A stretch of DNA of 64,000 bases, taken from positions 1-64,000 of the forward strand of contig MEDY01000061.1 of assembly GCA_001724265.1 (NCBI GenBank), in the 5' to 3' direction. Made by a program: the position numbers and the translations under genes. This DNA is from Rhizaria sp. SCN 62-66 (taxonomy: Eukaryota). Position 1 is the first letter of the stretch. The number at the start of each line of letters is the position of its first letter. The notes under the pieces were generated by a model. It saw nothing but the letters and a program-made list of their open reading frames with translations, was not told where the DNA came from and ran no database searches. Below are positions 25,101 to 37,669 of this stretch, piece after piece.

Positions 25101-26205
25101 CCCCGCGCTTTATCTACTTCCCGATCATCGACCAGACGACGGCCGAGGACGCGGCCGTGGCGCGCACCGCGCATCGCGTCATGGTCGAGCTCTCGCTCGG
25201 CCGCCGCTGCTACATCCACTGCTGGGGTGGCCACGGCCGCGCGGGCACGCTCGCCGCCGTCGTGCTGGGGGCCATGTTCGACCTCACGCCGCAGGAGGCG
25301 CTGCTGCGGCTGCAGCTGTGCCACGACACGCGGGCGGACCCGCAGCGCACCAGGTCTCCCCAGACCGTCGAGCAGCAGGAGCAGGTGCGTGCATACATAC
25401 CATACCGATGTTCCGCATGAAAAATACTAAAATTTTCACGTATTGGCGAACAGAATGCGAGAGGTGATATTACAATTTTGAAGTTTCATCTCTAACTCTA
25501 ATTCTTTTTATATCCTTATTTTGATGATGTGTATTCCGCTTTTGATGTCTAGGTCGCGCGTTTGATCGCGCAATTCCGCGAAGCCCGCAAGAACTCCTCC
25601 AGCAGCGCGATCCCCCCCGCTAACAGCAGCAGCAGTACTGACGCTGCCACGCCGGCCAGCCGCGGCAGCACGAGCACTAGCACTGGCAGCGGCAGCGGCC
25701 ACAAGAGCGGCAAGGGCAGTGTGACGAGGACCATTTTCGACCGCCTGGACCCGTACTGGCCGGTGGACGTCCAGCTCATGCGGCGGCAAATGCTGCTGAA
25801 ACAGCTGCTGCAGCAAGAGCGTACAGAAGCGAAACAGCGCAAACAGCAGCAGCAGCCACAGCAGCTGACTGGGGTGAGTCACAACGCTGGCTCTATTTGT
25901 AGCGACGAGAAGTTTAGCCGCCTGTTCGCGCAGGCGAAGGGTGTGCTTATCCGCTCTAAAGGGGTACTTAGCGACATCGCATGGTGCTTTGACGCCCTCT
26001 ACGAGGACTATATCGACGCGGCCGGCGCCATCAACGCCGCTAGCACGGCTCCTAGCATCAGCGGTAGCGCCAGCGCGACTGCAAACAGTGACGCTGCGAG
26101 CGACTACAACGACTGCGAGCTGTTTTACTACCAAAACCTGTCGAGCCACGAGAGCTTTAACCCTGACGACTACGACGACGCCGCTCTCATCCACACCATC
26201 AACAC

Positions 26206-26249
<44 letters not shown>

Positions 26250-29200
26250 ACAGCAACACAGCGCTGAGCCGTAGCTCCAGCATCAGCCGCAACGCAATGA
26301 CTAGAACCAGCAGCAGCAACAGCAGCAGCAGCAACAGCAGCTCAATCTCGAGCAGCAGCGCCAACGCCGCCCCCGCGAAGATTGCTGCTGCTTCGACCGC
26401 TGCCGGCTCTGGCGCGAGCCCTGCGCCTGCTCCGGTGCCGTGCCAGCTCGTCGCTGTCGCCGCCGCCGCCGCTGCGACGACTGCGCCCGGCGTCAGTCTG
26501 TCTCTGCACCCGCTCAGCACTCCGCGAACGCACTCGATGGAGCTGACGCAGGGGCTCAGTACCCCGCGCAGCAGTGTAAGTACCCGCGAACAGTCTAAGG
26601 GGGCCGGCAGCAGGAACAACACGTACAACAACAACATCAACACTAACTCTCATGCCGGCAGCGCGAACCTTCACGCTCACACGCAAACTCACACTAGCAT
26701 TCACGCGAATGCGAGTTCAAGCGTGAATGCAAACGCGAGTGCGAGTCAAAGCAGCAGCAACATTGCCAGCGGCAATGCGAGTACCACTGTGAGCGCTAGT
26801 CCTGACCGCAGCTTCAGTCCCAGCCGCAGCCACAGTCAGAACCAGATCCAGAGCCAGAGCCAGAGCCACAGCCAGAGCCGCCGCCGCAGCCACAGCCAAA
26901 GCCAAAGCCACTCTGCTCACAGCCGCAGCTACAGCTAGAGCTACAACAACAACAACGACAACAACACCGGCGGCGGCCGCGGCTTGGGTTTGCAAGTTGG
27001 GAACGGGATTGACGGCCAGCTGTTTGAGCCGCCGCTGGACAGTCTAAGCCCCCCCTTAGACGACCTCGGCAGCCCCTTACACGGCGCGGGCAACAACAAC
27101 GACGGATCGTTGTCGATGGAGATGCATACAAAGGAGGAGCAAATGCAGCGCCAGCTATTGCAACAACAACAACTACAACAACAACAACAACAGCAACAAC
27201 AGCAGCAGCCGCGGTTGCCATTGTCGCCGCAAGCGGCAGCCGGAGCATCAACGACAACGGCCGCCGCCGCCGCCGCCGCTGCCGCCGCTGCGACGGCGAT
27301 GACGGCGACGACGACGACGACGACGCTTACGCTCACCTCAACGACGACGACGACGACGACGATGGTGAATGCCGGCTTGGGTCTCAGTGCCCCGTTTCGT
27401 GGTGTAAGTGCTCCGTCGTACGGCGACCCTTACACGCTTCCCACATCCCCGGGTCCTTACAAGCTGAGTCTGCCCGCACCTCCGCAGCAGCAACAGCAGC
27501 ATGCGGCGGCGGCAGCGGCGGCTTACAATCAGAGCTACAACAGCAGTGCATACACGAACAGCGGTGCGAACAGCTATGGCAACGCCAACATCAAGTCTCC
27601 GCTTTCACATTCGCAGGCTCAGCAGCAAGGTTCTCTGAGCAGTGCGAGCGGTGTCGCGAGTGTTGGAACACATGGCACCTCGCGGCCTAACTTCAACACC
27701 GCCACGGGTGCCAGCGATGCAAACGCTGCCAACATGAACCCTAGCTCAGGCAGTCTCGCGGCGAGTGGCGGCACAACCGCGAGCGACTCTGCGCTGTTGC
27801 CGTCGTTGCTGTCTCTGAACCGCGCGCACAGCGGCGAGGCCAGCAACACACAGCACCTTCCTCAGCATAGCCTCAGCCACAGCCTCAGCCTCAGTCCGAC
27901 GCGGTCGCACAGCCACTCGCACAGTCGAATTCACAGCGTGAGTCAAATCCACAGTCAAATCCACAGCCAAATCCACAGCGTCAGCCAGAGTCAGAGCCAG
28001 AGCCAGAGCCAGAGCCAGAGCTACAGCCACAGCCACAGTGTATCGCGCTCTCACAGCCACCTCCACAGCCTCAGCGTGAGCCGCAGCCGCAGCCACAGCA
28101 ACAACTACAGCTACAACAACTCGCGCGTCGTCAGCGGCAACTTCCGCAGCCGCAGCCTCAGCAGCAGCGGCGAGGGCCGCGGCGCCAATGCGTGCCTGCG
28201 CAACTGCGTCTGCACGTGCGACCCCGCCAGCGGCAGCCGCCGCCACAACAACGACGACGACGATGACGACAGTGGCTGCGCTAACAACAACAACAACAAC
28301 AACAACAACAGCAGCAGCTGTGACGGCAGCGGCGGCGGCAGCGGCGGTGAAGGCGGCAGTGGTGGCTCTAGCGGTTTCAGCGCGTGCGATTGCTGCTGCT
28401 GTCCGCCGCCGATCCCCACCCGGCTCTTTCTCGAGGCGCTTACCCTCGTCGCCAAGAGGTACTTACCGGGGGCCAAGGGGTACTTACACGGGGTCGACCT
28501 CTCCACGGTCACGTACTCAGACGATCTCGACGCCGTAAGTATTGCTGGCATGAACGACCCCCGCCCGCCGCCTCTGCCCGCCCTCTCGCCCCAAGAGCGG
28601 CTTAACTTATGCGCAGCGCTCACGCACCGCATCCGGACGCACCGGCACCAGCAGCGGCTTCACTTAGCTCTGCAGTTGCTGGCGGCGCGTCGGCGGCAGG
28701 CCGTGGCGCAGACCAGCGCGTACATGCACCTCAAAGCCTGCAAGGACAACGCCGAGCTAGCAGACCGCGCGTTCGTGCACCTCACCGCCCTTAGCAACAA
28801 CAACGGCAGCAACGCGGCCGCGATCGAGGCCGCCTCGGCCGCGGCCGCGGCCGCCGCGACGAGGCGCGACGCCGCCAGCAAGTCGGTCAAGGCGGCCACG
28901 GCGGCGGCGGCCGAGGCCGAGGCCGAGGCCCGCGGCGCCGAAGTGGCCGCCTCAGTGCAGTTCAACAAGGACCGGAGCCAGACCGCTGCGGCGCTCGCGG
29001 CGGCCAACAACGTGGCGCTTTCCCGGTACGAGCTCAACAGAGGCGGTGTGAGCGGCGACAGCGTATCCAGTAATGCCATCGCCGTAATCAGCAACAGCAG
29101 CAGCAACAGCAGCAGCAGCAGTAGAAGCAGTGGCGGCGTTGGTTTGTACAGGAAGATCAAGGCTGCTCTCGGCGGCTTAACTTTGATCAAGCCCGGGTCT

Positions 29201-31635
29201 AAGAAGTCCGCTGCCAAGTCTAAGGACTCATCATCAGCGTCGTCGTCTTCTCAGGAGGGGCTTACACTGACCCACTACAACAACAACAGCAGAGTTAGCC
29301 TCTGCAGTGACCCCCCGAGTCCTACCGCTAGCTCGACCGTGACAGCGACCGCGTCGATCCCCGTCCTTGCCGCGGACGACGCCAAGGCACTCGTGAGCAG
29401 CCTCAAAAGGCGATACGGCCGCGTCAAAGGCGCGATTTTAACGACGCCTATTGACTCGATCCCCGACGTCGAAGCGAAGCCGCACGGCGCGGAAGTGAAG
29501 TCGCCAACCACGGGGGGTAGACTCGAAGTTAAGCCGTCGCTCCAAAAGATCCCCGAGGGCGACAGTACGACCTCTCGCCCCAGCACCAACACTGACGCAG
29601 ACATGAGCACGAATGCAGATGCGGGCGCAAACGCGGGCGCAAACGCGAACCGTGCAAGCAGCAGCAGCAGCGCTTCGCCCAGCAAGGGCAAGACTGTTTC
29701 GTTTGCGAGCGCGAGCGCAGATGCAGTCGACCGTGAGCCCGGTGACGGCAACGGGAAAGATGCCGACTCTGATGCTGACGCTGCTGTTGCTGCTGCTGCC
29801 GCTGCCGCCGGCGACAACGACGACGAAGACGACGACGATGACGATGACAGCGCCCTCCTGGCTGAGGCCGAGGAGGAGGACGAGGAGCCTTACTCCCTCT
29901 CGGCTTTCGCCATCGTCGCCCTGACTGACAGCCACGCCACCTCGCACGAGGACACGACGACTGCGGCCCGGCTCGAGCTCGACGCGATCGTGCGCCGCGC
30001 GCTGCCGTTCGAGCCGCTGCCGAGGCTCGCAGCGCTCGCGCGGCTTCGGTTCAAGAGCCCCGCGATGCAGCAGCGCCGCCGGGCGCGGAACCAGCAGCTT
30101 TTGGCTGCGGCTGCTGCTGCTGAGGCGGCCACTAAGGAGGTGAGCTACAGCAGTAACAACGCTGTGACCTTTGTTAACCCGACCGTGAGCTCTAGCAGTG
30201 TTAGCAATAGCACCAGCGTGAGTTCCAGTGTTAACCCGAGCCCCGTAGCCCCGACTTCTCCCAGCAACGCGCTGTCGCAGTCGCCGTCGCAAAAACTGTC
30301 TCAGTCTCAGCCGCAGCCTCCGTCTCAGTCTCAGTCCCAATCGCATTCGCCGTCGCCGTTGCATTTGCAGGTGCAGCTGCCGCGGCCTCCAGTCAGCGAT
30401 AGCAGTCTAAGTACCCCCTTAGACTCCGGTGTAAGTACGCCATCAGTCCCTGGACCGCGTGCTGGCACACGGCTGACACAGCTGCAACAACAGCAGCAAC
30501 AACAACAGCAGTTGCCAAGTGTTTCCAGCACTACGAGCGCTGCCAGCGCTGCTATTGGCGCTGCTGTTGGCGCTGTTGCCGGTGGTGGTGCTGGGAATGA
30601 CGACGGCAACCCTGCACTTACCCCGGTCGAGTCTAAGGGTGGGGTACTTACACCCGTGACTCTGACGGCGAGCTCGTCGTTAGCGCGCCCACGCTCGCAA
30701 GCGAAGCCATTCGCTTCATCGGCGTCGTCATCGTCATCCAACTCGAACAACTCTGCAGCAGTCGCTGCTGATGCTGCAAACGCACAAAGCCAGTTTGTTC
30801 CCCAGCCACCGACAACGCCGAACAACAGCAACAGCATCAACATCAACAACAACGCTGCTGCTTTGTCTGGGAACTCTCCCGTTGACGCCGCCGTCTCCCG
30901 AACCAGCCGAAGCGCCAATGCCAGCGCTGACCCTCGCGCTACCACAAACGCTGCTGCTGCTGGCGGTGCCGCCATCGTGGGCCGCACTGCGCCCCAGGGC
31001 GCTAGGGCACACGGCGGAACACATGGCGGAACACATTCCGCGATGCCGCCGGCCGCGACTGTGATCGTCGGCCGTACCGCGCCCCGCCCGACGCCGCTTT
31101 CGCATCCGCAGCAGTCGATGCTCTGGACGCTCGCGCCGTACGGCTTCTCGGCGGCGCCGCCCACCGCCGCAGCTGCTAATGCAGGCGCGTATTCGAACGC
31201 CAACCGTGCTGCCGCTGCTGCGGCGGCGGCGGCGGCGATGGGCGACGTGAACAGTGTCAACAGCCGGACCAGGGCGAGTCTGGCTGGGGCTGGGGCCGGC
31301 GCCGGGAATGCAAGTGGCCCTCACATCGGCCTCGGCCGGCCCAGTGTCAGTGGGCCGCAGCCGCGGGTCGTTGGCGCCAGTCTAAATGGAGGGGGCAAAC
31401 CGAACGCGTTGGCGCTCGACCTCAAGGAGCCCGAACCGAGTTTGCCCTACGACGACTTGACTTTAGACTCGATGACCCGGTCGCAGACGTTCACGAGCTC
31501 CCAGTCACGTTCGCTGTCGCAGTCAATATCGCTTTCGCAGCAGTCTCAGTCGCGGTCGATTGGCCACTCGCAGTCTCAGTCTCAGTCTCAGTCTCAGTCT
31601 CAGTCTCTGTCTCAGTCTCAGTCTCTGTCTCAGGC

Positions 31636-31676
<41 letters not shown>

Positions 31677-32026
31677 CGCAGTCGGGTAAATCGCAGTCGT
31701 TTGGCTCCAACCATGCCCAGCCTTTGGCTCAGAGCCAGGGCCAAGGCCAGGGCCAGGGCCAGGGCGCAAGCGGTACCGGTGATGCTCACAGTCAATCTGC
31801 GTCCAGCCGCTCTCGCTCTCACCCACAGCAGCAGCAGCAGCAGCAGCAGCAATATCAGTATTACGACAACAACAGTCCCCACAACGTCAACATCAACGCC
31901 ATCCACAACGGCACCAGCGGTGCTGTGCAGCCCGATGACCACACCGACGACGAGGGCCTTCACAGCGACGAACGGCACGACTATTACGACCCGCACGCGG
32001 ACAAAAAGGGCTTTCGGCACCGGTAA
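22147..32026 (+). CDS. Giant (about 3100 aa) Cys-based (CX5R) protein tyrosine/dual-specificity-like phosphatase with long low-complexity regions; two in-frame TAGs; 4 exons
   Basis: Exons 22147-23954, 24133-24841, 25049-25384 and 25553-32026, phase-compatible. Motifs: SNWLIKNMLMVGAYPG, TFVCLQ, FIYFPIIDQ, P-loop YIHCWGGHGRAGT and SPQTVEQQEQV. TAGs at 23341 and 26936 are in frame. Ends in TAA. Confidence 0.8.
23341..23343 (+). other. In-frame TAG in the phosphatase gene (probable Gln)
   Basis: AEAEGEA*RVPRGRKAR; joins the polyQ N-terminus to the catalytic region in the same frame. Confidence 0.75.
26936..26938 (+). other. In-frame TAG in the phosphatase gene (probable Gln)
   Basis: SQSQSHSAHSRSYS*SYNNNN follows SQ/SH dipeptide repeats; the frame continues for about 1695 codons. 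Confidence 0.8.
30404..30425. repeat. Best copy of a dispersed intragenic palindrome AGTCTAAG-TACCCC-CTTAGACT (8-bp arms, 6-nt spacer)
   Basis: Related copies at 10135, 11018, 14258, 16276, 17829, 18038, 25955, 27042, 43938, 44046, 47721, 48571, 48672, 49929, 52581 and 53526, plus many half-sites. Confidence 0.85.
31571..31676 (+). repeat. Coding microsatellites (CAGTCT)n then (CAG)n encoding SQ repeats and polyQ
   Basis: Tandem hexamer and trimer repeats directly visible. Similar tracts occur throughout the giant exons. Confidence 0.9.
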
Positions 32027-34035
32027 GGCGAAACAAAAGTCAGGCCGCTGCGCCGAAAGTGAAGCCACGCGATTACATTTCATCGCAAACGACCAACATG
32101 TGCTTCAAAATGTAAATGTTTTTTCGCTTCTTCTTTTTCTTTTCTCACTTTTGGGATTGCTACATTACCCAGCTTTCACACCGTGCTTTTTGTTTTGTAG
32201 TTTTGCTTCATATTTGTTTTGTATTATGCCTACGTGTACAGTGTATAGCTGTATGTATTATGTGAGCAATTCTCTCGTTCTAGGATCCGTATGATCACCC
32301 CTCAACCCCTCGCAGTACCCATGACAACATTAATCCGTGTTCTATCTCTCTCTCAGTCGCTTCCATGCTGTGTGTGATTCTGCTAACGCTTACACAACAG
32401 TCATTCATACTCACAGTCGCGGCGCTCTGGATGGCACGGTACAATTTGTTTGTTTTAACCACACAAGTCTCTCATATGTTTCATTTTGTTTGTTGTGTGC
32501 TCGGATTTCTTTCTTTTTCATTTTTTCGTTTCTGTCAATCATAATCATAACATATTTACACACACGCGCACTCAATTCTCAATCCTTCAGTCACAATCAT
32601 GACCCAAACAAGCTTAGATTCATCATTATAACTAATAAGCGCGCCTTATTTGCGCGTTTTATACTACTCCGTCCGTTTTTATATTAAAGACATTCCCCCA
32701 AGTTGTTTTCATACTTCTTACACATGGATCTACCCATCCTCCCATTATATGCTGATTTGTTCATTTTGTCTCGCGTTTAGCCGCGTTTTGCCCGTGAAAC
32801 GCGTCTATTCCCTCCCAATCCCTCCCTCCTCAGTGTATTTTACGTCTATTTTGACGACATATTCATTTTTCTTCATTTTAAGTGCTCATAATCCCATCTG
32901 GTATATGCCTCCAAAGTTGGCATCTATACCCGCAAAACGACCAACAACAATCATCCTGTCACTCCCCCACTGTCACGCCACAACAGCCATTCTCGTTGTA
33001 TATTACAGCACACGTTCTAGTGTGCGGCCTCGCTGTCTTGTGTACGCGTGTACCTCGTGAGTACTGGTGATGCTTGTGTTTGTGTTTATTTTATTTTGTC
33101 CCCCCCCCGCACCCCTGTTAGTGTTTGTTTTTCTTAGATCAACCTTCCATTCCGTTCAAGGATTGCCGTTGTGCTATATCTGCATTGTATATCTGTCTCA
33201 GTATATATAACGATCGACGTCCTCACCTGGAATCAGTTTCGAAACGTATTTTTCACCCAGTTTCGTGTTACGCCTTCATCATTTTCGCTTAGTCATATCT
33301 TTTCGCCCGCTCCCAATCAATCGCTTCAACCTCAGCTCCGTATTTTTGTCCTACAACAGCTATAATAACCGCTAAACACAATACCCACAAACGGGTACTC
33401 TGCTTCTCACAAGCGCATTCGAGCAGCATGTTGATTCATAAGCTTACGTTAAAAGTTGAGAGATCGCAAAAGTGTTTGCATGTTTGGATAGTGTTGTGCA
33501 GTGTAATTATGACTATAGTGACAATGTTGTCGGCTTCCTTGGAGATATATGTGATATCGCTACATTCTACACTCATGTATGTATTTATTACTCACTTAAT
33601 CGTATATAATTAACAATCCAATACACTATATCTCTCTTGCTATCAACAAACATCGCCCAGCACTCGTCACAAGGGGATTCTTGACAAGGCTTACGGTTTC
33701 GTATAGTTCGTGAAGTTTGATGATCTATTCGCACTGCGCATTATTATTAGTATACACGCTTTGTTTACTTCACCCATCGTTCAGTTGATAGTTCAAATAG
33801 CTATTTTCTTCAAGTTGCCTACAAAACCTATCTGGTCAATATTCGTTGTATTCTATCATTATAAGAGCAATTTAAAGCTATTCTATCAATTACACATTAT
33901 CTTTGTTCATACCCCAGCTGACCCCCATTAAATTACACCAACATCTCTCCGTATCAACAAACAAACGCAAACTGCAACGCAATCAAGACTCCTGGAACAA
34001 CGAGGTTGCCCCTCGTCCAAGTACCTAGACGGTTC

Positions 34036-34975
34036 TCACTGGAGCTCGTCGAAGTCGTCTGGCAGCCCAAAGTGCTTGAGGAACCCGGCCTGATCAAAGT
34101 CGGACATCTTGTTCTTGAAGAACCCCATCACCACGAAGACGTTGTCCGTCCACCTGTTAGCCGCCTGCTTGGCCGTCGCAGAGGTCTTGACGATCTTGGC
34201 CGCCAGCTCGGGGTCGCCCAACGCCTTGAGGTCACGGTTGAGCTCCGCGTTGGCCGCCGTAACAGAGGCCAGCTCGGCCAGGAGCTCGCGCCTCTCCTCG
34301 GTGTCCGGCCGTTGCGCGAGCAGGGCGTCACGCTTGGCGCGCAGGTCTGGATATGGGTCACAAAATGTGCATTACAAAACATAAAAGGCGGGATATGACA
34401 CGGTTAGTGTGGCCAGTGTGAAACGAAACTTATAGATAATATAGAATACACGTGAATAAATGTTATGTAATGAATTTAGCGCAATTAGCGAAGGTATATG
34501 TCGTCAAACGTGGGTTATAGCGCGCGTACCGACGAGCTGCGCATTGTACTTCTCCTCCTGCGCCAGCGCCTGCTCGCCGGCGACCTTGTCCTTCATGGCC
34601 TTGGTGCGGGGGAACGCAAAGAAGTAGTTGCCGGAGCCGATCTTCTCCTTGTCCACCACGCCGTCGTAGACCAGCTCGTCGACGAGGTCCTTGACGGCCT
34701 GTGTGATGATGCCCTTGACCTTGGGCAGCTGCGACTCGAGCTCTTTCAGCGAGTAGACCGTTTTCTAAAAACAACAGAAATAAAACCCTTAATGATGAGG
34801 GCAAAATATATAACGTTTAATAACATCATGCAGAATACACTCGAGTTTCGTGGCATTTTGCGATTATATATACTGCCAAATCGCTGTTTTGATGATCTTG
34901 ACGTACGGTCTCGTGGAAGTAGTCGATGGTGCGGATGCGCTTCTCTTCCGCCGAGACGGGCTTCTTTTTTGACAT
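34036..34975 (-). CDS. MND1: Meiotic nuclear division protein MND1, 3 exons
   Basis: Exons 34975-34907, 34764-34530 and 34346-34036. MSKKKPVSAEEKRIR, YSLKELESQLPKVKGI, LVYDGVVDKEKIGSGNYFFAFP and AANRWTDNVF are characteristic MND1 blocks. Ends in TGA. Confidence 0.95.
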
Positions 34976-35523
34976 TTCCGCTTAGGGTGGCCTTTAACAG
35001 GGCAAGGGTGCTGTCGCGGGGAGGGTTGGGTAGTGTTGTGGCTTAGTGGAACGCTCTAGAGAAGTGCGTAGTTGAGCTAGCGTTAAGGCTTGCTTCGAGT
35101 GTGCTGAGGGACTCTGGGAGTGCAGCGAAAATAAAACAAGACGTGATCCTTAAGAGATATGATTTAAGTAGTATTCACAAACAAACCATGTTTATCTAAT
35201 ATCACAATATAGTGCTTATCAACGGCCAATTCACGTCTATCGTTACTGTTTTGCTTTCTTCCCACTCGGCGCGCCAAACACTATCACAAAAAAAGTCACT
35301 CGTGGCCAAAACGCTGTAACCACACATTTCACTTTATATATTACACATTCAAGACTTCAAAAGCATACAAGAGTATTAATCGACTGTTTTATTAGACAAA
35401 TAAACGCAACAAGCACCTCCATCCCAGCATGATATTACTCTCTGGCCTTCTTTATAATACCAACAAAGCGCCAGCAGCCAGAGTTATACCGTGAAAGCGC
35501 TCTATCCCCGCAAAGCGTCCTCT

Positions 35524-37442
35524 TCACTTCTGACGGTTCGCGGTCTTCTTGGCGGCCGCCTTCTTGACAGGCGCAGCCTCCTCCTTCTCCTCAGCGGCCT
35601 CGGCGGCCTTGGCAGCCTTCCCGCCCTTGGCGGCGGAGGCGGCCTTAGTCTTCTTGGCAACGGGGGCGACCTCGGCCTCAGACTCGGACTCGCCCTCCGC
35701 AGCAGCCTTGGCAGCGGCGGCGGCGGCCTTAGCGGCGGCGGCGGACACCTTCTTGCCCTTGACAGGCTCAGCCTCAGCCTCAGCAGCAGCGGCGGCGGCG
35801 GCCTTGCTCTTGGCACCAGCCTTCGCAGCGGCGGCAGCGGGAGCGGTGGTGGCGGCGGCCTTGGCGATGGGCTTGTTGGCGTAGCCGCTAAAGTCGTAGT
35901 CGTAGCCCATCGCGGCGAGCTTGTCGCGCTTCTTCTGCTCCTTGGCAACCAGCCGCGCCGTGGTGGCGGCCGCCTGCTCGCTCGTGCGCGCCTTGTTGAC
36001 CTGCGCGCGGTGCATCCGCGCCCAGGGGACCACCTTGAACGCGCGGTCGGCGTTGCGGAAGGCCTCGGGGTGCACGTCGGCGGGCGGGAGGAAGCGGCAC
36101 TGGAGCAGGCGCGAGTGCATCATGTAGTTGTTCATCGTCTCGGCCACGATCGCGGCGACCTGAAAAAGGGAAGCAGAAGCAAGAAGGCAAAGAGTGATTT
36201 AGATTTGACGAGGTTAGTGAAGGTGTGTGTGGTGCGTAGTTGTTGCAAGCACGCAAGCGAGCGCGCAAGCGATATATCGTTCGATCGTGGGTAAATGTAG
36301 ATCGATTTTCGAGGATATATAGAGATTTACTAAGCTATCTTTTGCTGCGAAGAGCTGTGTTGAAGCGTACCTCTTTGGACTCGAACTCGATGAACGCGAA
36401 GTGGCGCGACTTGCCCGTCTTGGGGTTGCGCGAGAGGCGCAGACGCGTGATGACGCCGAACTGGGAGAAGAAGGAACGCATCTGCTCCTCGAAGAAGCCA
36501 TAGGGGATGCGGGAGACGAGCACCACGCCCGCCGTCGTCGGGGTCGGCTCCACCTTGGTCTGCGCGTAGCGGCGCTTCTTGGACTACGAAGAAATCAAAC
36601 AAACATGAATGTGAATGCGATGATATAAATGAGCGGATTTAAGAAGGTTAGTTGAGGTGAGGTGTGTAGGATTGAAAAGTTATTGAATAGATCTATACTA
36701 AGAAGCAGTGAATGAAAACCAAGGAATGCGGTTGACTTGGACTGATATTTAAGATGTAAATTGTAATTTTGTGTAGATATGTGCGAAGAGCGTACCTCGG
36801 TGATATCGGCACTGGCAGCCTCGGCCTTGGCCTTGGCGGCTGCGCGGACCTCAGCCTCGGCCTCGGCCATGATCGCGGCAGTGCTGGGCTTCTTCTCCTT
36901 GCCAGCGGCGGCCTTGGCGGCAGCGGCGGGGGCAGCGGCGGCGGCGGCAGCCTTCTTGGTGGAGGCGGCGGCGATGGTCTTGTTGATCTTCTTGGAGACG
37001 GCCTCGAGCTCGGCCTCATCCGCTGCGGTCAGCGCGGCGGGCGCTGTGGTACAATACACAAGAGCAATGGCAACATGAGCAAAAAGAAAGCAGAGGAAAA
37101 CAGTGACGTGTGGGTGAGAAACAAGTGATGAGCGGAAGTGTCAGAGAGGGGTTGGCGAGAGGGGGGAATAAAAGGGTGCTTTGTGGGGGACAAATAGGAC
37201 GTACCATCCTCGTCGTCGTCGTCGGAGCCAAACTCCATGTCGCTGAAACCGCTGATCTCACCGTCCTCGTCGTCGTCGTCGTCGGAGACAGGGGTGGGGG
37301 CCTTCTTGCTGCTCTTTGCGGCAGGGGCGGCAGCGGCCTTGGCCTTCGGTGCGGGCGCAGAAGTGGCGGATACCGCCTTCTTCACCGTCTTGGCCGGAGC
37401 AGAAGCCGCAGTAGTCTTCGAAATTTTCTTACTTGAGGACAT
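35524..37442 (-). CDS. NOP15: Nucleolar RRM protein NOP15/NIFK (60S biogenesis), 4 exons
   Basis: Exons 37442-37205, 37043-36796, 36583-36371 and 36159-35524. Motifs: GVVLVSRIPYGFFEEQMRSFFSQFG, RLRLSRNPKTGKSRHFAFIEFE, VAETMNNYMM and KLAAMGYDYDF. Ends in TGA. Confidence 0.93.
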
Positions 37443-37669
37443 TATAAATTACCCAATCAACAAACGCACTTTTGGGACCCAAACATCGTCTTGAGAGCTT
37501 CCAGCCCACAGCCAAGCCCAGCAGCCAAACCCACACTAGCACGAGCTGCTCACGGTCACCTCTTGGCTGGCTGCGACCGACCGTCCGAGCCGCTGCCTCT
37601 GGCTGGGTTCTTTGATGAAGCTTTGAGGACCAAGACGTTTTTGCAATACGTTGTTGAAATCAGCATATA
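37443..37669. promoter_or_regulatory. Putative bidirectional promoter between NOP15 and uS13
   Basis: Head-to-head ATGs are only 227 nt apart. Contains CGACCGACCG (37574-37583) and repeated CAGCC elements. Confidence 0.55.

Noticed and set aside
32027-34035. Short ORFs in the 2-kb AT-rich spacer (also 38200-39611)
   Set aside because: They lack the host codon bias and conserved motifs; most likely 3' UTR or intergenic DNA.
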